Positions 17,108-25,434 of a DNA stretch of 46,470 nucleotides are shown here, piece after piece (position 1 is the first letter of the stretch; each line of letters begins with the position of its first letter). Below the pieces are notes generated by a model. The model ran no database searches. It worked only from the letters and a program-made list of their open reading frames with translations, and was not told the DNA's origin. This DNA is from a virus (taxonomy: Duplodnaviria; Heunggongvirae; Uroviricota; Caudoviricetes): the IMG/VR virus record IMGVR_UViG_3300017917_002605, positions 1 through 46,470 of that record; one strand, 5' to 3'. The position numbers and the translations under genes were made by a program.

Positions 17108-17122
17108 TGAGTGAGTATTGTT

Positions 17123-17290
17123 ATGAAAGTTTTGAAATTAAAGAACCGTTTCACAGGAGAGATAGTCTTCTGTAAGAACATTAATGATACTTCCGAGGGT
17201 AACGGAATCACCTTCATTAAGGTGTGGAAGGAAGAAAACCCTCAAAGAATTTTTCTTGTTAACCGTGAAGCCTTCTCGATTGTAGGATAA
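17123..17290 (+). CDS. Small hypothetical protein (55 aa, not in ORF track)
   Basis: MKVLKLKNRFTGEIVFCKN...FLVNREAFSIVG*; GAG upstream; fills the regA-hsp20 gap. Confidence 0.6.
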   Translation: MKVLKLKNRFTGEIVFCKNINDTSEGNGITFIKVWKEENPQRIFLVNREAFSIVG

Positions 17291-17293
17291 ATA
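17286..17293 (+). promoter_or_regulatory. gp55-type late promoter (GATAAATA)
   Basis: Variant of T4 TATAAATA at the start of the hsp20 leader; similar boxes at 16506, 21666, 30491, 39444/39451 and 45397. Confidence 0.55.
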
Positions 17294-17445
17294 TCCGTAC
17301 CCAATCGGGATGGGAACGTAAAGACTCTACTACCTTAGGAGCGTCTAACGCTGGCACAACGATATGGTGTCCCTGTATTCAGTAAGCAGGATTGATGCGC
17401 CTAATGGGCATCGCTTTTGATAACTCGCTTTAAAAGGAGATTAAG
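17294..17445 (+). promoter_or_regulatory. Structured hsp20 5' leader ending in a ROSE-like thermometer
   Basis: Serial hairpins; TCGCT (17425-17429) just before the AGGAG SD (17435-17439). Confidence 0.6.
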
Positions 17446-17892
17446 ATGACTTTGATTCGCTCACCTTATGGCACATTGCTGCCTTCTACCGTTGGCTTCG
17501 ACCGTATTTTCAATGTTTTTGAAAACATGGTAACCGAGAAGTCCAACTTCCCTCATCACAATATTTCAAAAACATCAGAGAACAACTATGTGGTTGAACT
17601 GGCTGTTGCTGGTTTCTCACAAGATGATATCGATATTGAAATTACTGATGGTGTTTTGAATATTCGTGGTTCTAAAGAAGACAAGAACGAAGTTCAATAT
17701 CTATACCGTGGTATTGCAACACGTTCTTTCCACAAGTCCATTCGCCTTGCTGATACAGTAGAGGTTCGTGGTGCAGACTTGGAAAATGGTATTCTAAAAG
17801 TTTACCTGGAAAATGTCTTGCCAGAAGAAAAGAAACCTGTTAAGATTCCTATTGGTAAAACTACCAGTAAGAAACAACTCTTGACAGAGTAA
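17446..17892 (+). CDS. hsp20: Small heat-shock protein Hsp20 (IbpA-like)
   Basis: VGFDRIF, FPHHNI, ELAVAGF, YLYRGIATRSF, GADLENGIL. Confidence 0.95.
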   Translation: MTLIRSPYGTLLPSTVGFDRIFNVFENMVTEKSNFPHHNISKTSENNYVVELAVAGFSQDDIDIEITDGVLNIRGSKEDKNEVQYLYRGIATRSFHKSIRLADTVEVRGADLENGILKVYLENVLPEEKKPVKIPIGKTTSKKQLLTE

Positions 17893-17905
17893 TACTTTAT
17901 AATTA

Positions 17906-17930
17906 GTGTGGATGTTTGCCGCATCCACAC
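17906..17930. terminator. Hairpin after hsp20 (possible terminator or processing stem)
   Basis: GTGTGGATG/CATCCACAC perfect 9-bp stem; no clear T-tail. Confidence 0.45.
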
Positions 17931-17956
17931 TCCACTTGTGATATAATAGGCATATT

Positions 17957-18847
17957 ATGAAAATTGCAGTCTGCTCTGACCTGCATCTTGAGTTTGCTCC
18001 AATTACTTTGGAGAATACTGAAAATGCCACGGTTCTAATCCTTAGTGGTGATATCATTGTCGAACGTGACCTTGATATGTACGACCGCAGGCAAGTTGAA
18101 TTAGGATTTATGAACAAGCGTTCGCTTATGTTCCATGAATTCTTTCAAGATGTTGCCTCTAAATTTCCCCATGTAATCTATGTTGCTGGTAACCATGAAC
18201 ACTATCATGGTGATTTTAAGTTTACTCTTTCGGAACTTAAACGCAAACTTGCTTACATTCCAAACCTGTATGTACTTGACCGTGAATTGAAAGATATTGA
18301 CGGAGTTAAATTCATTGGTTCAACTTTGTGGACCGATTTTAACAATGGTGATTCGTTGACCTTATATCACATGAAGTCGATGATGAATGACTTCAATTGT
18401 GTTATGAATAGTAACCGTGAAGTCTCATACAAAGTTCCTGATTTACTAAGTGAAATCCCCGACAAGATGATTTTTAAAACTCGTCCTGCCAAATTCACAC
18501 CAGAAGATGCTTTCGAAGAACATATCAGATGTAAACAATATATTCAGGTTTGTACCGAGTTTCTAGGTGAAAATCCTGACAAGTATGTTGTGGTTGGTCA
18601 CCATGCACCTTCTCGTAGTTCTACGCATCCTCGTTATGCTGATGATACTATTATGAATGGTGGTTACAGTTCTAATCTGGATGAATTCATTCTTGATAGA
18701 CCTTGTATCAAATTATGGACTCATGGACACACACATGAACCATTTGACTATATGATTGGTGAAACACGTATCGTATGTAATCCACGTGGTTACGCAAACT
18801 ATGAACATCGTGCTTCGGAGTTTGAATTGAAGTTTGTGGAGATTTAA
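17957..18847 (+). CDS. Calcineurin-like metallophosphoesterase
   Basis: SDLHLE, LSGDI, AGNHEHY, GHHAPS, HGHTH. Confidence 0.9.
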   Translation: MKIAVCSDLHLEFAPITLENTENATVLILSGDIIVERDLDMYDRRQVELGFMNKRSLMFHEFFQDVASKFPHVIYVAGNHEHYHGDFKFTLSELKRKLAYIPNLYVLDRELKDIDGVKFIGSTLWTDFNNGDSLTLYHMKSMMNDFNCVMNSNREVSYKVPDLLSEIPDKMIFKTRPAKFTPEDAFEEHIRCKQYIQVCTEFLGENPDKYVVVGHHAPSRSSTHPRYADDTIMNGGYSSNLDEFILDRPCIKLWTHGHTHEPFDYMIGETRIVCNPRGYANYEHRASEFELKFVEI

Positions 18848-18848
18848 T

Positions 18849-19181
18849 ATGAGAACCTATACGCCTGACCATTGGGTCGTATTGGAAATGAAGTATGGTG
18901 ATGAAACCATTCGAAAGGTTTTTTCAGGTTGGTCCGGCAGTTACATGTACGGTGCATCTTGGAAACTTTCGAGTGGAATCACCAAAGTTAATGAGTTTGA
19001 AGACCGTTATGAGTTTGAAAACTTTAGTGGCTCACTCTACGTATGTCGTAAAAATGCATATGGTATGAGTGGTTATATGATGAGCGTCTTCTCCAGTTTC
19101 GAAGAAGATGTAAAAAATAGTGATAATGTTAGTATGGAAATTGTAAAGGAATATGATGTACAAACCAGGACCCAACTTTAA
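18849..19181 (+). CDS. Hypothetical protein
   Basis: MRTYTPDHWVVL...WSGSYMYGASWKLSSG; ATG at 18849 just after the previous stop. Confidence 0.7.
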   Translation: MRTYTPDHWVVLEMKYGDETIRKVFSGWSGSYMYGASWKLSSGITKVNEFEDRYEFENFSGSLYVCRKNAYGMSGYMMSVFSSFEEDVKNSDNVSMEIVKEYDVQTRTQL

Positions 19182-19320
19182 AATCCCTAAGCAAGTCAAG
19201 CGCACCATGGCAACCATGGTAAATGCTGACGAAAGAAATGATTACAAGCGTTCTATGATTCAAGCAATTTTGTTTGAGCAGAACACCCGACCAAAGAGTA
19301 AAAAAGAAAAGTCTGAATGA
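19153..19320 (+). CDS. Small hypothetical protein (55 aa, not in ORF track)
   Basis: AAGGA SD; MMYKPGPNFKIPKQVKRTMA...KKEKSE*; ATGA overlap with the dCMP deaminase start. Confidence 0.6.
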   Translation: MMYKPGPNFKIPKQVKRTMATMVNADERNDYKRSMIQAILFEQNTRPKSKKEKSE

Positions 19321-19832
19321 AAGACAAATACATCCAAGCACATATGAAGGCAGCAGAGGTTTATGCCTCTCTGTCTTCCGCTGTTCGTCTTAAAGTTGGT
19401 TGCGTTGTCGTAAAAGATAACACCATCATCGGCATCGGTTACAACGGCATGCCATCTGGTTGGACGAATGAGTGTGAAGATAAAGAATACATGAGTGTTG
19501 ATGCTGGTGGTTGGCTTAGTCCCGAAGAAATCGAAGAACGTTGGCCATTTGAAGAAGAGGAACACGGACCTTATTACGAATATATTCGGCGTTATCGTCT
19601 AAAAACTAAACCAGAGGTGTTACATGCTGAATCAAATGCTCTGGCTAAGATTGCTCGTAGTACAAACTCAAGCGAAGGTGCCACAGTATTTGTGACCCAT
19701 GCACCTTGTATTCACTGTGCTAAGATGTTGTATCAGGCAGGAATTAATAGTGTTTATTATAGAAATGCTTATCGTGACGATGATGGTGTTAATTTTCTCC
19801 GCAAATGTGGTGTAGAGGTCAATAAATGTTAG
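19317..19832 (+). CDS. cd: dCMP deaminase
   Basis: KVGCVVV, GYNG, HAESNAL, PCIHC. Confidence 0.92.
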   Translation: MKDKYIQAHMKAAEVYASLSSAVRLKVGCVVVKDNTIIGIGYNGMPSGWTNECEDKEYMSVDAGGWLSPEEIEERWPFEEEEHGPYYEYIRRYRLKTKPEVLHAESNALAKIARSTNSSEGATVFVTHAPCIHCAKMLYQAGINSVYYRNAYRDDDGVNFLRKCGVEVNKC

Positions 19833-20224
19833 AGTGTTTGATTATAGGTGACTCTATTGCTGTAGGAACACATCAGTTTAGGCCTGATTGTGTTGCGTAT
19901 GCAAAGGGTGGTTGGAACACTTGGCAATGGAATCGTGATTATCTAAAGAATGATTTATCTGCCAAGACCGTGATTATCAGTCTAGGCTCTAATGACCACA
20001 AAGGTGTTCGTACAAAAGCCGAACTACAACGTATTCGTGAGAAAGTTGGAACGAATACTAGAGTGTTTTGGATTATGCCAGCAATCAAGCCAGAAATTCA
20101 AGATATAGTCAAACAGATGGCACAAGAGTATGGTGATACAATCGTGCCCATCACACGACTACAAAAAGACGGTATTCATCCTTCTTGGGCAGGATACAAG
20201 GACATTGCAAATGCAACAAAGTAA
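19826..20224 (+). CDS. SGNH/GDSL hydrolase
   Basis: GDSIAVG, SLGSND, DGIHP. Confidence 0.8.
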   Translation: MLECLIIGDSIAVGTHQFRPDCVAYAKGGWNTWQWNRDYLKNDLSAKTVIISLGSNDHKGVRTKAELQRIREKVGTNTRVFWIMPAIKPEIQDIVKQMAQEYGDTIVPITRLQKDGIHPSWAGYKDIANATK

Positions 20225-20414
20225 AACCTATACAGCTGAAGTTGTAGAAATCTGTGATAATGGTGACGCCATACTACAGTTGCCTCCCGAATTGTGTGAA
20301 GAATTGGGGTGGGTAGAGGGTGATACAATCAGTATTACCGAAAAAGATGGAGCAATCATTATTGCTAAAATCGATGATGGTGATAGGAATATATCATTAG
20401 ACAAACCAGCATAA
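20211..20414 (+). CDS. AbrB/MazE/SpoVT-family protein
   Basis: NGDAILQLPPELCEELGWVEGDTISITEKDGAIII; ATG at 20211 is more plausible than the track start at 20130. Confidence 0.7.
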   Translation: MQQSKTYTAEVVEICDNGDAILQLPPELCEELGWVEGDTISITEKDGAIIIAKIDDGDRNISLDKPA

Positions 20415-20458
20415 TAGTGATATACTATCGATAAGTATTAGAGTTAGTCTGATACTAT
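20414..20458. promoter_or_regulatory. OxyR/LysR-like boxes upstream of ahpC
   Basis: ATAG-N7-CTAT (20414-20428) and TTAG-N7-CTAT (20444-20458). Confidence 0.5.
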
Positions 20459-20480
20459 TAAATTTTTATTAGGAGAAAAT

Positions 20481-21023
20481 ATGAAAACCGTTGGTGATAA
20501 AATTGAATCGTTCGTTGTTACTGGTGTGAAACCAGGTCAACCAGAAGATGCATTCTTTGACATTACAGAAAAGTCCTTTGAAGGTAAGTGGAAGGTAATT
20601 GTTTATTACCCTAAAGACTTCACCTTTGTATGCCCTACAGAAATCGTTGCATATGATAAACTGTTCCAAGATTTTGAAGACCGTGATGCGGTACTTTTGA
20701 CTGGCAGTACCGATAATGAATTCTGTAAGGTTGCTTGGCAGAAGGCACATTCTGACCTACAGAAAATCAAACACATCCAGTTTGCTGACACTCAGCGTGA
20801 TTGGGAAAAGTCTTTGATTGAACAACTTGGTGTGTTCTATAATCCTGCTGGTGCAGCTCTACGTGCAACATTCATTGTTGACCCGGATAACGTTATTCAA
20901 CACGTTACTGTTAACAACCTGAACGTTGGTCGTTCACCTGAAGAAACTTTGCGTGTGCTTGATGCATTGCAGACTGGTGAATTGTGTGCGTGTAACCGTA
21001 CTGTCGGTGGAGAGACACTGTAA
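20481..21023 (+). CDS. ahpC: Peroxiredoxin AhpC
   Basis: YPKDFTFVCPTE peroxidatic Cys; ALRATFIVDP; GELCACN resolving Cys. Confidence 0.95.
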   Translation: MKTVGDKIESFVVTGVKPGQPEDAFFDITEKSFEGKWKVIVYYPKDFTFVCPTEIVAYDKLFQDFEDRDAVLLTGSTDNEFCKVAWQKAHSDLQKIKHIQFADTQRDWEKSLIEQLGVFYNPAGAALRATFIVDPDNVIQHVTVNNLNVGRSPEETLRVLDALQTGELCACNRTVGGETL

Positions 21024-21160
21024 TGGAAGAACAAAAGACTTTCCCTTGTGGTTGCGGCCGTAGTCCAACTGGTCAATGCATCGGTTGGCACAAGTTGACT
21101 GAAGAAGAATTCAAACAGAAACTTGCTGAGTATGAAGCGGAACAGGAGACAGGTGAATGA
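21023..21160 (+). CDS. Small CDGSH-like [2Fe-2S]/zinc protein (45 aa, not in ORF track)
   Basis: MEEQKTFPCGCGRSPTGQCIGWHKLTEEEF...; C-x-C-x2-S...C-x-G-x-H (3Cys-1His); coupled to ahpC (TAATG) and ahpD (ATGA). Confidence 0.7.
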   Translation: MEEQKTFPCGCGRSPTGQCIGWHKLTEEEFKQKLAEYEAEQETGE

Positions 21161-21663
21161 ACTTCATTGAATCCGTAAAAGCAGCATTGCCAGAATATGC
21201 AAAAGACACCAAGTTGAATCTTGATGCGGTTCTTTTGCGTAGCACATTAGAACCTGATGTTGCTATGGGTTGTGCTGTTGCCGCTTTGGCTGCAACTGGT
21301 AATGGCAAACTTTTGGGTGTTCTACTTGCAGACCAACCTGCTGACGCAAGCGCAGCGATGACAGCTGCAAGTTTGATGGCACAGAACAACGTTTGGTACC
21401 CTTACGTTGAAATGGCAGACGATGAACAACTCAAAGGTCTTCCTGCACAACTACGCATGAATGCAATCGCTACTCATGGTGGTACAACCAAGGCTCGATT
21501 TGAAGCATACTCACTCGCAGCTTCTATTGTAGGTAAGTGTCATTTCTGTGTGAAGGCACACTATGAAACTTTAAAGAAAGAAGGATATACCGTAGAACAA
21601 CTGCGTGATATCGGTAGAATTGCGGCAGTGATGAATTCGGCTGCAAAAGTTTTAAATAGTTAA
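21157..21663 (+). CDS. ahpD: Alkyl hydroperoxide reductase AhpD
   Basis: YAKDTKLNL, MAQNNVWY, SIVGKCHFCVKAH (CxxC...H). Confidence 0.92.
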   Translation: MNFIESVKAALPEYAKDTKLNLDAVLLRSTLEPDVAMGCAVAALAATGNGKLLGVLLADQPADASAAMTAASLMAQNNVWYPYVEMADDEQLKGLPAQLRMNAIATHGGTTKARFEAYSLAASIVGKCHFCVKAHYETLKKEGYTVEQLRDIGRIAAVMNSAAKVLNS

Positions 21664-21678
21664 TCGCTAAATAAAGTT

Positions 21679-21751
21679 AGCGGGTTAGTGAAATGGTATC
21701 ACGGTGGACTCATAATCCACAGTTCCGGTTCGACTCCGAGGCCCGCAACCA
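21679..21751 (+). tRNA. tRNA with CAT anticodon (Met; initiator-like acceptor stem)
   Basis: Cloverleaf: acceptor AGCGGGT/GCCCGCA, D-stem GTGA/TCAC, anticodon stem GTGGA/TCCAC with loop CTCATAA, TTCGACT T-loop, A73, CCA; CTAAATA late box at 21667-21673. Confidence 0.9.
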
Positions 21752-21760
21752 AGGATTATT

Positions 21761-22114
21761 ATGAATGATATGAATAAAGACGTTAATACTTTTATTGACG
21801 CATGTGAACAGATTCCATCGATAGAGAATGTTGAATTATACAAGAAATTGATTGAGGAAGAATATAAAGAATTCCTTGAAGCAATAGAATTAAATGATGA
21901 AGTTGAACAACTTGATGCCTGCATGGACATGATTTGGGTTATCCTAGGTTACTGTCGCATGAAAGGGTACAAGGTAGACCCAGCATGGGCAGAAGTTGCT
22001 CGTTCCAACCTTGCTAAGATTGACCCAACCACAGGCAAGGTTATCAAACGTCCTGACGGAAAAGTATTGAAGCCTGCCGACTGGACTCCCCCAAACCTAA
22101 CCGCCTTTGTTTAA
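21761..22114 (+). CDS. MazG-like/PRA-PH nucleoside triphosphate pyrophosphohydrolase
   Basis: LIEEEYKEF, EQLDACMDMIWV, WAEVARSNLAK, DGKVLKP. Confidence 0.85.
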   Translation: MNDMNKDVNTFIDACEQIPSIENVELYKKLIEEEYKEFLEAIELNDEVEQLDACMDMIWVILGYCRMKGYKVDPAWAEVARSNLAKIDPTTGKVIKRPDGKVLKPADWTPPNLTAFV

Positions 22115-22135
22115 GGCAAACATCTAACATTGCTC

Positions 22136-22164
22136 TTGCCTTCTAACATTAGCGATGTTATAAT
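22136..22164 (+). promoter_or_regulatory. sigma70-type promoter
   Basis: TTGCCT, 17 nt, TGn-TATAAT. Confidence 0.7.
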
Positions 22165-22194
22165 CATAAAACACTGTTACATTATTGAGGTATT

Positions 22195-22422
22195 ATGAAC
22201 ACAAGCAAACTCGCCAAGCAAATCGCCATCGAACACAAACTGTTTAGGGCTTATAAGTATGACCTTGCTCTACGTGAGTATGATGGTATGGTAGAGGTTT
22301 TGGGTTTGGTCGATGACCCAACTCAAGACATGAGTAGGTTTGAGGGTAGAGAAATGCTCTATCCTAAAAAGTGGGTGACCCTTGAGGTCCTCGACCCAAG
22401 TTACGAAGTAGAAAATGTATAA
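22195..22422 (+). CDS. Hypothetical protein
   Basis: GAGG SD; 75-aa ORF after the promoter. Confidence 0.65.
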   Translation: MNTSKLAKQIAIEHKLFRAYKYDLALREYDGMVEVLGLVDDPTQDMSRFEGREMLYPKKWVTLEVLDPSYEVENV

Positions 22423-22564
22423 AGTAACTTATACTAAAGGCGGTAACTCCGCCTTTTCTCAATGGTTTGAAAGCTTCGCAGAAGCAGCAAAGTTTTCATT
22501 AGAACAAAAATTTATTATTGAAATTAAATATTATGACCCTGAAACTTATTACCTTCAAGACTAA
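22415..22564 (+). CDS. Small hypothetical protein (49 aa, not in ORF track)
   Basis: MYKVTYTKGGNSAFSQWFESFAEAAKF...; fills the gap and overlaps both neighbours. Confidence 0.55.
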   Translation: MYKVTYTKGGNSAFSQWFESFAEAAKFSLEQKFIIEIKYYDPETYYLQD

Positions 22565-22838
22565 TCATACAATCTTAGGTGAAACAAACGAACAGACCGC
22601 TTTTGTTGAAGTGACAAAACCTGTTCAGGTTGTATCGATTCCACCTTCACCACAGAATCCTAATGGTGGTGTTGCGTTTGCTCCTTTTTTGGAATATTGT
22701 GATGAATTTAAGACAGGTATTCGAATTGAACGTTCAGATATCTTAACGATGACTACACCAGTCCGTGACCTTGAAAATCAATACAATCAAATTTTTGGCA
22801 GTGGCATTACGATTGCCTCTTCCATTCCAAAGATGTGA
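22533..22838 (+). CDS. Conserved T4-like hypothetical protein upstream of gp43 (Sm-like)
   Basis: MTLKLITFKTNHTILG...YNQIFGSGITIAS, typical of the gene before gp43. Confidence 0.7.
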   Translation: MTLKLITFKTNHTILGETNEQTAFVEVTKPVQVVSIPPSPQNPNGGVAFAPFLEYCDEFKTGIRIERSDILTMTTPVRDLENQYNQIFGSGITIASSIPKM

Positions 22839-22850
22839 TATAATAACTGA

Positions 22851-25394
22851 ATGAACTACTATACAAATGTTATTGCTCTAGGTAACAATGTTCTGTATCG
22901 TGGTGTCAAGGACGGTAGGCGAGTAAAACTGAAAATCGGTTACTCGCCTACTTTGTTTTTGCCTGCCAAGAAACAGGGTACCTATAAAACACTTCATGGT
23001 GAACCTCTTGAGCCCATGAAGTTCGAATCTATGCGTGAAGCTCGTGATTTTATTAAGAATTACGAAGACGTTGGTAATTTTAAAATTTACGGTCAAACAC
23101 GTTTTGAATACGCATTCATCGCTGAACAACACCCACAAATGGTTGAGTGGGACAAAGACCAAATTTCTGTTGGTGTAATCGATATTGAGGTTGGTTCAGA
23201 GAATGGTTTTCCTGACCCATACAAGGCATACGAACCAATCACCGCAATTTGTTTGAAGTATGTTAACGGTCAAACTTATGTTTGGGGTTGTGGTGACTTC
23301 AACAACTACGATGACAACGTTACCTATTTCAAGTGTAAAGATGAATACACGTTGATGCAACGTTTCATTGAGCATTGGCAAACAGATTGTCCTGATATTA
23401 TCACCGGTTGGAACATCAAGTTCTTTGATATTCCCTATCTGTGTAATCGTTTTGAGAAACTTGGTGGTGAAGATTACAAGAAGAAACTTTCTCCTTGGAG
23501 TCTTATCAACGAACGTAAAGTTGTTGCAATGGGTAAAGAAAACATTGCATACGAATTGCTTGGTTGTGCCACACTTGATTACATTGAACTGTACCGCTGG
23601 TATGCGCCAGGTGGTAAGTCACAAGAATCTTATCGCCTTGATAACATTGCCAACGTTGAGATTGGTGAAAACAAATTGTCGTATGATGAATATGACAACC
23701 TGCATCAACTCTATCGTTTGAACTATCAAAAGTTTATTGAATACAACATCAAAGACGTTGAACTGATTCTCCGCCTTGATGACAAGTTAAAGTTGCTTGA
23801 ATTGGCAATGACTCTTGCATATGACACAAAGACAAACTACGAAGATGTGTTTGCTCAAACTCGTATGTGGGATTCAATGACATATGCGTATCTGCTTGAG
23901 AAAAACATTATTGTTCCTCCACGTGTGGTGCAGAGCAAGAATGCCGCATTCGAAGGCGCATATGTTAAAGAACCTCAGGTCGGTATGCACAATTGGGTTG
24001 CATCATTCGACTTGAACAGTCTGTATCCTCACCTGATGATGCAGTATAATATTTCGCCTGAAACATTGATTGAACCTGAAGATTACACCGATGAAATGCG
24101 GCAGATTCTTTCACAAGGTGTTTCCGTTGATAGCATGTTGTCAAAGAAAATTGACACAAGTAAATTGACTGGTGCAACCTTGACTCCTAACGGTCAATTC
24201 TTCCGTACTGACAAGTGTGGTTTCCTACCTCAGATGTTGGAAGACATGTATGAAGACCGTAAGAAGTTTAAGAAGATGATGTTGTCGGCGAAACAAGAGT
24301 ATGAAAAAGAACACGACCCAACCAAAAAGTATGAAATTGAAAAGCGAATTGCAAGATTCAACAATCTTCAGTTGGCAAAGAAAGTATCTCTGAACAGTGC
24401 CTATGGTGCTCTTGGTTCTCAATACTTCCGTTTTTATGATTTGCGAATGGCATTGGGTGTAACTACAGCCGGTCAGTTGTCTATTCGGTGGATTGAACAC
24501 AAACTTAATCGATACATGAATGACCTATTGAAAACGGAAGATGATTATGTTATCGCCTCAGACACAGATTCGATTTATCTTAAGCTTGGTCCGCTTGTTG
24601 AAAAGGTGTATGGAGATGGAGGTAAAGTATCGCTGCCAGGAACCAAAGTCATCGAATTCATGGACCGTGTATGCGAAGACAAGATTCAACCTTATATCGA
24701 TTCAAGTTATCAGGAACTTGCTACGTATGTTCATGCGTACAAACAAAAAATGCAAATGAAACGTGAAGCCTTGGCAGACAAAGGTATCTGGACTGCCAAG
24801 AAACGTTACATCATGCATGTGTATAACAACGAAGGTGTTCAGTATGAAACACCCGATATCAAGGTCATGGGTCTTGAAATGGTCAAGTCTTCAACTCCAT
24901 CCGTCATTCGTGACAAGATGAAAGAGTTGATTGCTTTGATTTTGCGAAGTGACGAAACACGTGTGCAGGAGTTCATTGCTGATTTCCGTGATGCGTTTAA
25001 GAAGTTGCCACCTGAAGAAATTAGTTTCCCACGTGGTCTGAATGGTTTGAAAGAGTATTCTGATTCAGCAATGTTGTATAAGAAAGGCACACCTATTCAT
25101 GTTAAGGGTGCCATCATTTACAATCATCACCTGAAACAGTTGGGTCTTGACAAGAAATATCCTTTGATTCAGGAAGGTGAGAAGTTGAAATTCACCTATC
25201 TGAAACAGCCGAACATCTTCAAAGATACCGTGATTTCATATCCTTCTCGTTTGCCACCAGAATTCGGTATTCATCAGTATGTTGACTATGATACCCAATT
25301 TGACAAGGCATTCCTTGACCCGGTTAAGATTATTCTTGACTGCATCGGTTGGAACCATGAGAAGGTAAATTCGCTTGAATCGTTCTTTGGTTGA
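22851..25394 (+). CDS. gp43: Family B DNA polymerase gp43
   Basis: DIEV exonuclease I, GWNIKFFDIPY, SFDLNSLYP, KVSLNSAYG, SDTDS; uninterrupted. Confidence 0.97.
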   Translation: MNYYTNVIALGNNVLYRGVKDGRRVKLKIGYSPTLFLPAKKQGTYKTLHGEPLEPMKFESMREARDFIKNYEDVGNFKIYGQTRFEYAFIAEQHPQMVEWDKDQISVGVIDIEVGSENGFPDPYKAYEPITAICLKYVNGQTYVWGCGDFNNYDDNVTYFKCKDEYTLMQRFIEHWQTDCPDIITGWNIKFFDIPYLCNRFEKLGGEDYKKKLSPWSLINERKVVAMGKENIAYELLGCATLDYIELYRWYAPGGKSQESYRLDNIANVEIGENKLSYDEYDNLHQLYRLNYQKFIEYNIKDVELILRLDDKLKLLELAMTLAYDTKTNYEDVFAQTRMWDSMTYAYLLEKNIIVPPRVVQSKNAAFEGAYVKEPQVGMHNWVASFDLNSLYPHLMMQYNISPETLIEPEDYTDEMRQILSQGVSVDSMLSKKIDTSKLTGATLTPNGQFFRTDKCGFLPQMLEDMYEDRKKFKKMMLSAKQEYEKEHDPTKKYEIEKRIARFNNLQLAKKVSLNSAYGALGSQYFRFYDLRMALGVTTAGQLSIRWIEHKLNRYMNDLLKTEDDYVIASDTDSIYLKLGPLVEKVYGDGGKVSLPGTKVIEFMDRVCEDKIQPYIDSSYQELATYVHAYKQKMQMKREALADKGIWTAKKRYIMHVYNNEGVQYETPDIKVMGLEMVKSSTPSVIRDKMKELIALILRSDETRVQEFIADFRDAFKKLPPEEISFPRGLNGLKEYSDSAMLYKKGTPIHVKGAIIYNHHLKQLGLDKKYPLIQEGEKLKFTYLKQPNIFKDTVISYPSRLPPEFGIHQYVDYDTQFDKAFLDPVKIILDCIGWNHEKVNSLESFFG

Positions 25395-25434
25395 GTACCC
25401 GAATACTAGATATAAGATAGACAAAGGAGTTATT

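Noticed and set aside
17294-17400. Self-cleaving ribozyme in the hsp20 leader
   Set aside because: No hammerhead (CUGAUGA/GAAA), twister or pistol core recognised; kept only as a structured leader
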